Source of the DNA: Candidatus Enterosoma merdigallinarum
GTDB lineage: Bacteria > Bacillota_I > Bacilli_A > RFN20 > CAG-288
Reading direction: 5' to 3'
DNA length: 64,000 nucleotides
Assembly: GCA_018714385.1 (NCBI GenBank)
Contig: DVNL01000002.1
Coordinates: 27,619 to 91,618 of the forward strand
Shown: in pieces, positions 48,263-57,607 of the stretch
How the letters are laid out: the number at the start of each line of letters is the position of its first letter
How positions within the stretch are numbered: the first letter of the stretch is position 1
Notes under the pieces: generated by a model
Databases searched by the model: none
Told to the model about the DNA's origin: nothing
Seen by the model: the letters and a program-made list of their open reading frames with translations, nothing else
Position numbers and translations under genes: made by a program

Positions 48263-51208
48263 TTACATTCCCTCACCTGTTTCCGGCTCTTTCTTTCCCT
48301 TGTAGAAGAAATCGAAGAAGATGTACAAGCCTAAGGCGATGACGGTGAGACCGATGATGACGCCATCGATCGCATAGATGGTCTGCTTCCACCACGGATT
48401 TGCCAGGGCATCCGATGCATTTTCGTCGATGGAGCCGGCATCACCCATCCAGGACTGAAGGAGAGAGTAGAGGATGTGGTGGTTGGCTTCCTGCATGAGC
48501 AGTACCATGTTGCCGTCGTCGTTTTCCTCGACGTAACTGATGAGCTGAGCGCCTCTGTTGCCGTCGAGACAGAAGATGTCGGTTCCCGCAGCGACCATGG
48601 AGGGGCCGTTGGAGTAGGTCGACGTGTTGGAACCTTGCAGAGCGTCGTCGATGATCTGGCCTTCATAGCCCCATTCGCCGCGGATGACGGTCTTCATCAA
48701 CACTTCGTGGGTGGCGGCGTAGGTCAGACCGATACGGTTGTAGGAGGTCATGATGCCAAGGCTTTCACCCTTTGTCAGGGCGCCTTCGAAAGGCTTCAGG
48801 TAGATTTCACGGATGGATTGCTCGTTGGCGAAGGTGGCGACACCCTGTCTGTTGGTTTCCTGGTTGTTGAGGAAGCAGTGCTTGATGTTCAGGATGAGGC
48901 CCTTCTCTCTGGCGGCCTTGGTGATGTTGCTGGCGACGATGTAGTTCATGATGCCGTCTTCGGACATGTATTCGGAAGCACGAGAGCCGTAAGGCGTCCT
49001 GTTGATGTTGGCGCCAGGGGCGTTCATGCAGGCGACGCCGGCGAAGAGGGCTTCCTCACCGAGCTGGGCACCGAACTTGGTCTGGATGGCCGGATCCCAG
49101 GAGGCGGTGTAGATGGGGCCGGTGGCAAAACCGGTAGCCGATCTCTTGTCGCCGTACTGGAACGTTGCAAGCAATCCTTCCGGTCCTTCCGCGATGGAGT
49201 TGGAAGGCTTCTTGATGCTGTCGACGCCCAAGATGCCGCGGTTGTCGGACATGGACTTGGCAAGATCGTCCAGGGACATCTGCTTGATGAAGGCATCCCA
49301 CTTCGGATCGTCATAGTCCAGGCCGGCCATGTCGGAGAAGGTGATGACATCTTCCTCGCCCTCTTCGTTCTTGTAGGGGACGGAGTAGAGGGTGCCTTCA
49401 CCGGCGGCATAGCTGGGGGCGTTAGCCGGCTTGGTGTAGGTGTTCATGTTCATGGCCTGCTTCATCCTGTCGTTGATCGTGAAGGTTTCCATGGTCGTCG
49501 GGAAGGTTCCCTGCCAATCCTGACGGGTCAGATAAGTGACCTTTTCGTCCTCGTTGGCCCAGTAGTTGACATCGGCGTCATCGAACTGGTTGGTGACTTC
49601 CGTGTCATTGTAATGGGAGGTCTTGAACGTTTCGAAATCCTCTTCGACGGTCAGTTTGTAGACCGCATCCTCATCGGGAGTGTATTCCTCTCCGAGATGG
49701 TCATACAAAGTGGCGTCGGGAACGGTCTTGCCGAGGATGTTGTTGAGGGCTTCGTGCGCACCATTTCCCAAAGCGAGATAGTAATCGCCACCTTCCAAGA
49801 TATATTGCTTCAGATTGTTTTCATCATAAGACGTCATGAAGTATCTGTCGAAGGTGACTTGCGTCGTTGCCGTCTCGCCGGCTTTCACATCGACTTTGTT
49901 GTAGCCCATCAAGGCAACGGCGGATTTTTCGATGCCGTGTTCCTTGTCGTAGTCCGTGTAGGGCTGCTGGACGAAGACTTCCACGACCGACTTTCCGTCC
50001 ACCGATCCCGTGTTCTTGACTTCGACGTCGACAGTATAGGTGTCGGCCTCTTCGTCATAGGTGACGTTGGTGATCTTCTGGTCGAAAGTGGTGTAGGAGA
50101 GGCCGTAGCCATAAGGATAGGCGACTTCATCGGCATAGTTCCACGTCTGGGCGCCGTTGGAGGCTCCGGCATTGCCGGAGGCATTGCCCCGACCCTTGAT
50201 GACGTCCTCGTATCTCGTCTCATAGTACTTGTAGCCGACGTAGATGCCTTCCTTGTAGACGACATAGCCGTTGACTCTTTCAAGCCCGGTGCTCGATCCA
50301 TTTGCGAAGGGGAGGTTGCCGAAGTTCTGATAGGCGGCGGAATTCGTCGAATAGGCTGCGAATGTGTCCGGGGTATGGCCGCTGGGGTTCTTCTCTCCGG
50401 TAAGGAGGTTGACGACGCCGGTCAAGGAATAGTATCCAGGGACGCCGAACCAAAGGATGGCATCGACACCGAGGGCGGGATCGTCAGCCCAGCTGAGGCC
50501 CATCGGCATGGCGCCATTGAGAAGAACGATGGTCTTCTTGAAGCTGCCGCTGTCGTGGATCATCTTCAACAGGTCATATTCGTTCTGGGTGATGTCGAGG
50601 ATGCCGGGAGCAGGATCGGAGTTCTCTGTTCCCACACGGGTGAAGGTGACGATGGCCACATCACCATAGGAACTGAAGGTCGACTTGATGGAATCGGTGT
50701 AGATCGTCACGGGTTCTTCCTTCACGTCGTTGACGGTCGGGTCGCTTCCGCTGGTGTAAAGGTTCCAGACATCCTGGTTGAGGTTGAAACCTTTCTGCTT
50801 GAAGGCATCATCGAGATGGACGACGAGGTTCTGGTTCGGGGCAGCGCCGCCGGCACCGGAGCGCAGGCAGAGGTGAGCGCTGTTGCGTCCGAACAGGGTG
50901 ACGTTTCTTTCTTCTTCCTTCAAAGGCAGGACACCGTTGTTTTTGAGAAGGACGGCACCTTCTTCTTCTTCCTGGATGCAGAAATCATAGGAATCCTTGA
51001 TCATCCGGCTGTAGCCTTCGTCAGTCAGATTGCCATCTTCATCGGCATAGCTCGAACGAACGGACTTGTTGATCCTCGTTCCGGTCAGGCCGAGAACGTC
51101 GTTGATCAACATTTCATTGTCGATGGCCACGTTCGTCAAAGAGAGCAAGGTGCAGGTCAAAACAATGCCGGTTGAAAATAAGCCAAGACAAAGCTTTCCT
51201 TTTTTCAT
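48263..51208 (-). CDS. glycoside hydrolase family 3 with reversed domain order and TM segments at both ends
   Basis: GH3 C-domain blocks (GAVLLKNNGVLPL, NPSGHTPDT) and the Fn3-like VVEVFVQQPY precede the GH3 N-domain blocks (NRTPYGSRASEYMSEDG, KHCFLNNQETNR, GEWGYEGQIIDDA). N-terminal signal anchor and a C-terminal TM helix. The start at 51208 follows RBS AAGGAAAGGA. Confidence 0.85.
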   Translation of the reverse strand: MKKGKLCLGLFSTGIVLTCTLLSLTNVAIDNEMLINDVLGLTGTRINKSVRSSYADEDGNLTDEGYSRMIKDSYDFCIQEEEEGAVLLKNNGVLPLKEEERNVTLFGRNSAHLCLRSGAGGAAPNQNLVVHLDDAFKQKGFNLNQDVWNLYTSGSDPTVNDVKEEPVTIYTDSIKSTFSSYGDVAIVTFTRVGTENSDPAPGILDITQNEYDLLKMIHDSGSFKKTIVLLNGAMPMGLSWADDPALGVDAILWFGVPGYYSLTGVVNLLTGEKNPSGHTPDTFAAYSTNSAAYQNFGNLPFANGSSTGLERVNGYVVYKEGIYVGYKYYETRYEDVIKGRGNASGNAGASNGAQTWNYADEVAYPYGYGLSYTTFDQKITNVTYDEEADTYTVDVEVKNTGSVDGKSVVEVFVQQPYTDYDKEHGIEKSAVALMGYNKVDVKAGETATTQVTFDRYFMTSYDENNLKQYILEGGDYYLALGNGAHEALNNILGKTVPDATLYDHLGEEYTPDEDAVYKLTVEEDFETFKTSHYNDTEVTNQFDDADVNYWANEDEKVTYLTRQDWQGTFPTTMETFTINDRMKQAMNMNTYTKPANAPSYAAGEGTLYSVPYKNEEGEEDVITFSDMAGLDYDDPKWDAFIKQMSLDDLAKSMSDNRGILGVDSIKKPSNSIAEGPEGLLATFQYGDKRSATGFATGPIYTASWDPAIQTKFGAQLGEEALFAGVACMNAPGANINRTPYGSRASEYMSEDGIMNYIVASNITKAAREKGLILNIKHCFLNNQETNRQGVATFANEQSIREIYLKPFEGALTKGESLGIMTSYNRIGLTYAATHEVLMKTVIRGEWGYEGQIIDDALQGSNTSTYSNGPSMVAAGTDIFCLDGNRGAQLISYVEENDDGNMVLLMQEANHHILYSLLQSWMGDAGSIDENASDALANPWWKQTIYAIDGVIIGLTVIALGLYIFFDFFYKGKKEPETGEGM

Positions 51209-51390
51209 ACTTGGTCCTTTCCTTGTTTGAAATTTTCGCAAGTTTGCTGCAGTCCCCTTGCGTCGATTTCACTATGGCTAGTATAGGGCTTTATGGGGCA
51301 TAAAACATGACAATCTTGCGATTGGCTTATAGATAATGTTTCAAAAAACAGCAATTTTGACACTTTTCGAAGCCTTTCGGTCATTTTTCC

Positions 51391-51418
51391 GTGGAAGCGC
51401 TTGAAAGAAATGTGGAAG
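51391..51418. promoter_or_regulatory. direct GTGGAAG repeats 21 bp apart, candidate AraC-type half-sites
   Basis: GTGGAAG at 51391-51397 and at 51412-51418, in the divergent region between the GH3 operon and the AraC gene. Confidence 0.3.
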
Positions 51419-51475
51419 GGGATACATATCGAAATTATGGATTTTTCTTTTTTATATTGATAGGATTTTTATGGT

Positions 51476-52471
51476 ATGAAAAGTCAATTCGAATTGGTCA
51501 ATCACCTTCAAATTAAACACGTCAAAGTTATTGTCAATCAAATTTCGCATCGTCCGCCCCATGTTCATAGCGACTTTGAACTGACGATGGCATTGACAGA
51601 TGGTGGCGTGCTGGAAACACGTGCCGCAAGACATATTATGAATCCCGGCGACATCATCTTCATCAACAGCTATGAGAACCACAGCTATTACAGCGTGAAG
51701 GAAGACGAAGACGGAAAAGACGATGGCAAGAGTGACCCGATTTTCCTGATCGTTCAGATTTCCTACCATTTCCTGATGGACTATTTTCCTCCGATCCGGA
51801 ACACCTTCTTCAAGACGTGCGACCTGAAAGAGTTCTTCGATGAGCGCGAGCTTCATCTCATCCGGCGACTCCTTCTTGCGTCCGGAAGGGATTATTTCAA
51901 CCATGAGGGCTATTATCAGCTGCGATTGGTGACGAAACTCTCCTATCTCTTGCGAATACTCCTTCTCAATGTCCCGAACAAGGTTCTCAAGGACGAGGAA
52001 AAAGAGAAGGTGAAAAGACGGTTCGAACGCATCCAGCGGGTGGTCTCCTATATCGACGAGAACTATTCCGGCAAGATCCGCCTGGAGGAGATAGCACAGA
52101 AAGAGGGAATCACCATTCCCCATCTCTCCCACATTTTTTCGGAATATTTCGGTATCTCTTTCCAGGAATACGTCAACCTCAAACGGTTGGAGAAGGCGGT
52201 CCTCCTCATGCAGGACGAACGCAAACCCTTGATCAATGTCGCCTTTGAGAGCGGATTCTCCGACCCGAAATACATGAACCAGCTTTTCAAGAAAAATTTC
52301 AACTGCAAGCCGCGGCAATATCGCACGCAGGCAAGGAACCACATCCACAACCTGGCATCGTTGCCGATCACGCAAAAGGAGAGGCTTCTTCCGGACGATC
52401 TTGCCTCCCGGGAAATCGAGGACTACATCCGGCGAAACGGCATCTCGATGGAATTCGACCGTCTTCTGTGA
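51476..52471 (+). CDS. AraC/XylS-family transcriptional regulator (cupin sensor plus dual HTH)
   Basis: 331 aa. C-terminal LEEIAQKEGITIPHLSHIFSEYFG...VAFESGFSDPKYMNQLFKKNFNCKPRQYR. Confidence 0.88.
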   Translation: MKSQFELVNHLQIKHVKVIVNQISHRPPHVHSDFELTMALTDGGVLETRAARHIMNPGDIIFINSYENHSYYSVKEDEDGKDDGKSDPIFLIVQISYHFLMDYFPPIRNTFFKTCDLKEFFDERELHLIRRLLLASGRDYFNHEGYYQLRLVTKLSYLLRILLLNVPNKVLKDEEKEKVKRRFERIQRVVSYIDENYSGKIRLEEIAQKEGITIPHLSHIFSEYFGISFQEYVNLKRLEKAVLLMQDERKPLINVAFESGFSDPKYMNQLFKKNFNCKPRQYRTQARNHIHNLASLPITQKERLLPDDLASREIEDYIRRNGISMEFDRLL

Positions 52472-52506
52472 TCGCAAGAGAGAAGTCGGTCTTCGAAGGA
52501 AAACAG

Positions 52507-52534
52507 AAAAGGCAACGGTTTTCCGTTGCCTTTT
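52507..52534. terminator. bidirectional Rho-independent terminator
   Basis: AAAAGGCAACGG-TTTT-CCGTTGCCTTTT. Perfect stem with an A-run and a T-run on the flanks, between convergent araC-like and nnrD genes. Confidence 0.75.
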
Positions 52535-52561
52535 GGAATGCGACTTGAAGGGACTTGAATC

Positions 52562-53464
52562 TCAAAGGCCTCTCTTCTTCATGCGCTCGTGGATGATCGC
52601 CGTGATGGCCTGCGGGACGGAGAGGATGGAGGCAAGCCCGGAGGAGAGGCTCTCGGAAGCCTTTCTGGCGGCCTGGTGGATCATGCTGTCGGCAAAGAGG
52701 ATCGTCCTGTCGATGCCAAGAGCGGGGGCGGCGTAGGAGAGAAGTCCGGTCATGTAGCCGGCGAGGGCATCGCCGGAACCGGCCTTGCCCAAGGCTGCCG
52801 TCGGAACCTGGTCGGCAAGATGGATGCTCTCCTTGCTCACCAGGATGGAGCGATGGGATTTCAAGAGGATGCGGACATCGTACTGTCTGGCATATTCGAC
52901 GGCATCGTTTTCATAGTTCGCGGGATCGGTGCCGAGATCGCCGATGCCAAAGAGTGCCTGGGCTTCGCCGAGATGGGGCGTCAGAACGATCTGGATCTTG
53001 TTGTTTCTCTCGCGCAGCATGCGGCTATTGTCATCGGCAAGCATCCTCAGGCCGGTCGCATCGATGACGAGGATGCCCTGATAGGCGCAAAGAAGATCCT
53101 GGAGGAACTTCCGGTTGCCGGCGGAATTCTTGATGCCGTTTCCGAAAAGGATGGCGGAGTAGCCGGACAGCCTTTCGACCAGCTGCCAGGACGTCTGGAA
53201 CGACTCCTCGTCGTTGGCGATGCACTCGTTGATGACGGTCGAGGGAATGCGGGAGAACGTCGCATCGTAGATGGTGTCCGGGATGGCGAGGCCGACATAG
53301 CCGCATCCGGAGAGGGAAGCGAAGGAAGCGGCCAGGGCCATCGCACCGGGATAGGCCTTCGATCCGCCGATGAGGAGCGCCTTTCCGAAGTCCGTCTTGA
53401 TGCCTTCTTGAGGCCTGTCGATGTAGACGGCGTCGACGATCTTACCGAAAATGTCTTTTTCCAT
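52562..53464 (-). CDS. nnrD: ADP-dependent NAD(P)H-hydrate dehydratase (YjeF C-terminal type)
   Basis: 300 aa with GGSKAYPGAMALAA and GSGDALAGYMTGLL. Confidence 0.85.
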   Translation of the reverse strand: MEKDIFGKIVDAVYIDRPQEGIKTDFGKALLIGGSKAYPGAMALAASFASLSGCGYVGLAIPDTIYDATFSRIPSTVINECIANDEESFQTSWQLVERLSGYSAILFGNGIKNSAGNRKFLQDLLCAYQGILVIDATGLRMLADDNSRMLRERNNKIQIVLTPHLGEAQALFGIGDLGTDPANYENDAVEYARQYDVRILLKSHRSILVSKESIHLADQVPTAALGKAGSGDALAGYMTGLLSYAAPALGIDRTILFADSMIHQAARKASESLSSGLASILSVPQAITAIIHERMKKRGL

Positions 53465-53467
53465 AAT

Positions 53468-54358
53468 CTATTTTTCCTTTCCGAAGAGACTTTCGACGGC
53501 TTTGCGGCACTCTCTCTTCGCTTCTGCCCTTTCTTTTCCTTTCCGGATGTCCAGATGGCTGTCGTATCGTAGCTGCAACGTGATGGCGAGACGTTTTTTC
53601 CCGAAGAGTTCCTGGAACAAGGCGGGATCCGTTTTCTGGATGATGTCTCTGCCTTTCTCAAAGGCGAGGAGATGGCTTTCCAGGACGCCTCTCGTCCTTT
53701 TCGTCAGGGAAGCAGAGGACTGACGATAATAGTATAGCGGGGTTTTAACGTATCGCACCCTTTTTGCGGCTAAAAGACATTGATAATAGAAGGGAAGGTC
53801 CTCGAAACTGAGGAGGTCGGTCGGGAACTGAATCCGGTTCTCCTTCAAAAGAGAGGCCTTGAAGAGCTTTCCCCAGACGAATGTCCGTGTCTTGAGCAGG
53901 GGGTCTTTGTAGAGCCGTCTCAAGAAGTCCTTTCCGTCCCCGGAGCGGTTGATGCGGGAATAGCCTCTTCTTGTCCGCTTTCCGAGGAGATAGTACCCGG
54001 CCGAGACGATGTCCAGATCTTCCTTGACCATCAGAGGGTAAAGGCGGGAAAGGAAGTCTTTCGAGAGTCTGTCATCGGAATCGACGAAGGAGACATATTT
54101 TCCTCTGGCCCAAAGAAGGCCGAGATTCCTCGTCGCGGAGACGCCATAGTTCGTTTCGCAGCGGATGAAGCGGAACATATCCGGATGCTCTCTCTCGTAT
54201 CGCGTGCAGATTCTTTCCGAGGCATCCTGGCTCCCGAAGTCGAGAAGAAGGACCTCGTATCTCTCCCGGAAATCCAAGGCGAGAAGCGAGTCCAGGCATT
54301 CTACAAGGAAGGGTTCCGATTGATAGATCGGCACGATGAAAGAAACGCGGACATCCAT
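53468..54358 (-). CDS. GT2-family glycosyltransferase
   Basis: VSFIVPIYQSEPFL, NYGVSATRN and the DxD motif FVDSDD. Confidence 0.85.
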   Translation of the reverse strand: MDVRVSFIVPIYQSEPFLVECLDSLLALDFRERYEVLLLDFGSQDASERICTRYEREHPDMFRFIRCETNYGVSATRNLGLLWARGKYVSFVDSDDRLSKDFLSRLYPLMVKEDLDIVSAGYYLLGKRTRRGYSRINRSGDGKDFLRRLYKDPLLKTRTFVWGKLFKASLLKENRIQFPTDLLSFEDLPFYYQCLLAAKRVRYVKTPLYYYRQSSASLTKRTRGVLESHLLAFEKGRDIIQKTDPALFQELFGKKRLAITLQLRYDSHLDIRKGKERAEAKRECRKAVESLFGKEK

Positions 54359-54361
54359 GGC

Positions 54362-55372
54362 CTATCTCCCGGGAACGTAGTATTCCGAATCATATCCGGC
54401 AAGCTGGATTCCCAATTCGGCAAACCGTTTGTAGAAGACTTTCTGGGATTCGGAAAAGACATCCCAATAATCGGCGTTTTTCATGTAGAAGACGACTTTG
54501 ATCTTGATGCAGTTCTGCCTTGTCTGGCTGAAATCCTCGATCGCCGTGAACGTTTTCCTGCCGTCTCCAACTTCCGGAACGACGCCTTTCACGGAGTTCG
54601 CCGTCTCTTCAAGGAGAGCACACATCTTGTCGATATCGATACCGGATCGGAAAGTAAAGAAAAGCTGCTGACGTCGGAATTTTACGGAAGTATTATTTGT
54701 TACGATATCCGCACTGAGTTTCGTGTTTGGAATCAAAACTTTCCTGCCGTCGACCGTTTCGAGCGTCGTCCGCATCATGGAGATACGGGTGACGGTTCCT
54801 TCGACCCCATCGACGACGATGTAATCGCCGGTGTTGATGTTGTTCTCCGAGAGAATGATGATGCCGTTTGCGAAGTTGGTGATGACATCCTGGAGACCGA
54901 GGCCGATAGCCAGGAAGGCCGAAGAGACGATCGAAGCGAATCCGGTCAGAGGAAGGCCGAGGATATAGATGACAAGGAAGGCGAGGAGGATGGCCAGGAA
55001 GAAACGAACGGAAGTCACCAGGAAACTGACGACGGATGTGTCGATCTTTCGCTCTTTTTTGTTGTTTTTCGTCCCTATCCTTCTCGTTTTGCTCAAGGAT
55101 TTTTTCAGCAGGTGGGAGATGAGCTTGATCAAGTAGATGCCGACGATCAGGATGATGATGGCGAAGATGATGCGGAAAAGCAGGGCGGGTCCGTCAACGG
55201 TGAAAAACTTGACGATTTGATTGCCAAGATCCTGCCAAAACCCAGGATCGGTCGGAGAGGGGGAAGAACCTGTGCTTGAGGATGCGACATCTCCTGCGGT
55301 GTTCGATGAATCTACAAGAAAAGGAATATGCATGATTTGATTATAGAACAAGAAACGTTGTCCCGAAAGCAT
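54362..55372 (-). CDS. mscS: small-conductance mechanosensitive channel (MscS family), start uncertain
   Basis: TM3/beta-domain signature GLGLQDVITNFANGIIILSENNINTGDYIVVDGVEGTVTRISMMRT. Confidence 0.8.
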   Translation of the reverse strand: MLSGQRFLFYNQIMHIPFLVDSSNTAGDVASSSTGSSPSPTDPGFWQDLGNQIVKFFTVDGPALLFRIIFAIIILIVGIYLIKLISHLLKKSLSKTRRIGTKNNKKERKIDTSVVSFLVTSVRFFLAILLAFLVIYILGLPLTGFASIVSSAFLAIGLGLQDVITNFANGIIILSENNINTGDYIVVDGVEGTVTRISMMRTTLETVDGRKVLIPNTKLSADIVTNNTSVKFRRQQLFFTFRSGIDIDKMCALLEETANSVKGVVPEVGDGRKTFTAIEDFSQTRQNCIKIKVVFYMKNADYWDVFSESQKVFYKRFAELGIQLAGYDSEYYVPGR

Positions 55373-55459
55373 CAGAGGCGGAAATAGAGGAGAATTCCTT
55401 CTCTATAGAGAAGATATTTGTTGTAAAATGATAGACAAGATATCGAGAGAAAATTTAGC

Positions 55460-57505
55460 ATGAACAGAAAAGCCAGCACAGTCGTCCTGACAACCCTTCT
55501 CTCCCTCTCCCTTTTTTCGTGCAACCAGTTTGTGAAGGGAACGATCAAATTCGAGCTGAACGGCGGCAGCTTTCCCGATGATTTCAACGTCGACTTTCTT
55601 CAGGGGCAGGCAGGAACGCGCGTCCAAGAGATCCCGGATCCGGTTCGGGAAGGATATGAGTTCGTCGGTTGGCGTGAAAAGAGCGTCGAAGGGAAATACA
55701 ACGCCATCAAAATCAACCTTGATGACAAGACAGGAGAGGAATATTACCTCTATCCCTATGGCGAAGTGACTTTCTATGCCTACTTCGAGCCGGAAGTCCA
55801 GATCGCCTTCGACCTGACTGATGCCAAGGATAACGGAGGGGCCTTCGTCGCCCCGAAGCTTGGAACGGGCTTTTCTCTTGAGACCGGAACGCTTTCCGGA
55901 TATACATCCAAGGCGATCCCTTCCGTGGACTATCTTCCCACGGCCACAGGGGAACATCTCACTTTTGAGTATTGGTATACGAAGTATCCTCTTGTCCGAG
56001 TCGCAGACGAAGAGGCGGGAACGGTCCACTATGTCCTCAACGACGAGGCGGAAGAAGGGGAATATCGCTTCGATCAGGCCTTTGCGACTGACGAGGGATC
56101 CCTTTTTGGCAATGGAATGGTCTTTCCGGAAATCGGAGCAGGCGAGACGTTTACGCTTTACGCCAAGTGGGACGAGGATCCGCGCGTGACGGTCCACTAC
56201 AATCTTGAAGGCGTGGAAGATTCTTCGTTTTTGATAGGCGTGGAAGATTCTTTGCAAACTGCCCTTTCCGACACCTTCAAGGAAAGGCTCGGAATCGACC
56301 TGGTCTCGGACGGCTACAAATATATCCAGGATGGGGCAAAGCGGTTCGGCGGTCTCTTCCTCGATGCCGATTTGACGATGCCTTTCCCGATTGATACCAC
56401 CACCCCCGTGACCGATGACGGCTTGGAACTCTATGTCAAATGGAGCGACAGGCTTCATCTCGAGTTCGATTATGGCGAGGGCAAGGTGGGGCAGGAAAGC
56501 TCGGCGGAAACCGATGCCTATTATGTCGGCGATATCCTTGGCGAAACATTTTTGCAAGATCATTCGCCTTCGAAAGAAAACAGCACTTTCTCTGGTTATT
56601 TGCTTGATGGCGAAGGGTTCGATATCGTCAACACTCCGCTTCCCAAGCCCAAAGATGGCGATACTCTTGTCTTTGTCGCCAGCTATGAGGATTACCCGGA
56701 ATTGACTATCGTCATCGATTATCCCGGAACCCTTGCGGACGAGACGGTCTTCACAGGATACTTCGATGTCGGCGAGGATGTCTCCGCTCCTTTGCGGACG
56801 GCTATCGATTCCCTGGAGGACGAGGCGGAATTCGGGTATGCCGGACTGGAGTCCAAGCCGAGCGAGGATGCCGATGCCCAAAGGGAGACCTTCGGCATAC
56901 GTGTCATGCCCTCCGAGGACACGACGGTCTACGTCATGGCCGGATACAAGACCAAGGTCGAGATCACCACGAAATGGGGAACGCGTACCGAGACGGCCGA
57001 GAAATATGAAGACGTCTTGGAAATGCCGGAAGGCTATCAAGCGGTTTCTTATTTCGGAACGGTCTATGATGCCAAGACCGATAGTTATATTCCGGAGGTG
57101 TTTTCTTCGGAAGCACTTCGCTATGACGGCACGCTCAAGGGAGATGATGGACGGCCGTATCTCTTCGACGGAATCTTCTCGGAGGCATCGATGGCCGAGG
57201 GAACGCTCTTCCATGAGGCGGCAAGCGATGTTTCCCTTCAGGAGCAAAAAGTCGTCTCTCTCTATCAGCGTTTCACCAAGGCGATAGCCATCACCCTTGT
57301 CTACGAGGGGGAGGCGTGCGAGCCGATCTATGTCCTTCCCAATGCCCATGTCTCGGATTGCGATGCTTTGATTCGCGATGCGCTGGGCTTGGACGAACAG
57401 GTTTCTTATAGCCTCTACCTCCAGGATGACGGCAGCCCCGACGATGGCATGCTGGTCAAAAATCGTCTGCCCTTCACGGATTGCATCCTTCGCGTCGAAC
57501 GGTGA
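55460..57505 (+). CDS. surface lipoprotein with Listeria-Bacteroides-type (Flg_new / InlB B-repeat-like) repeats
   Basis: 681 aa. Signal plus Cys (LSLFSC). Recurring units of the form F.LNGG...P.REGY.F.GW. Confidence 0.6.
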   Translation: MNRKASTVVLTTLLSLSLFSCNQFVKGTIKFELNGGSFPDDFNVDFLQGQAGTRVQEIPDPVREGYEFVGWREKSVEGKYNAIKINLDDKTGEEYYLYPYGEVTFYAYFEPEVQIAFDLTDAKDNGGAFVAPKLGTGFSLETGTLSGYTSKAIPSVDYLPTATGEHLTFEYWYTKYPLVRVADEEAGTVHYVLNDEAEEGEYRFDQAFATDEGSLFGNGMVFPEIGAGETFTLYAKWDEDPRVTVHYNLEGVEDSSFLIGVEDSLQTALSDTFKERLGIDLVSDGYKYIQDGAKRFGGLFLDADLTMPFPIDTTTPVTDDGLELYVKWSDRLHLEFDYGEGKVGQESSAETDAYYVGDILGETFLQDHSPSKENSTFSGYLLDGEGFDIVNTPLPKPKDGDTLVFVASYEDYPELTIVIDYPGTLADETVFTGYFDVGEDVSAPLRTAIDSLEDEAEFGYAGLESKPSEDADAQRETFGIRVMPSEDTTVYVMAGYKTKVEITTKWGTRTETAEKYEDVLEMPEGYQAVSYFGTVYDAKTDSYIPEVFSSEALRYDGTLKGDDGRPYLFDGIFSEASMAEGTLFHEAASDVSLQEQKVVSLYQRFTKAIAITLVYEGEACEPIYVLPNAHVSDCDALIRDALGLDEQVSYSLYLQDDGSPDDGMLVKNRLPFTDCILRVER

Positions 57506-57528
57506 AATCGCTATTCCGAAAGATTGTA

Positions 57529-57556
57529 TTGAAGCGATATATTCTAGATATATAAT
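57529..57556 (+). promoter_or_regulatory. candidate sigma-70 promoter of ychF
   Basis: TTGAAG, a 16-nt spacer, then TATAAT, about 50 nt before the ATG at 57608. Confidence 0.4.
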
Positions 57557-57607
57557 TATGTGCGCTATTTGACGTGTTCGCTTTATCGCACAGAAACGAG
57601 GTCTGAA

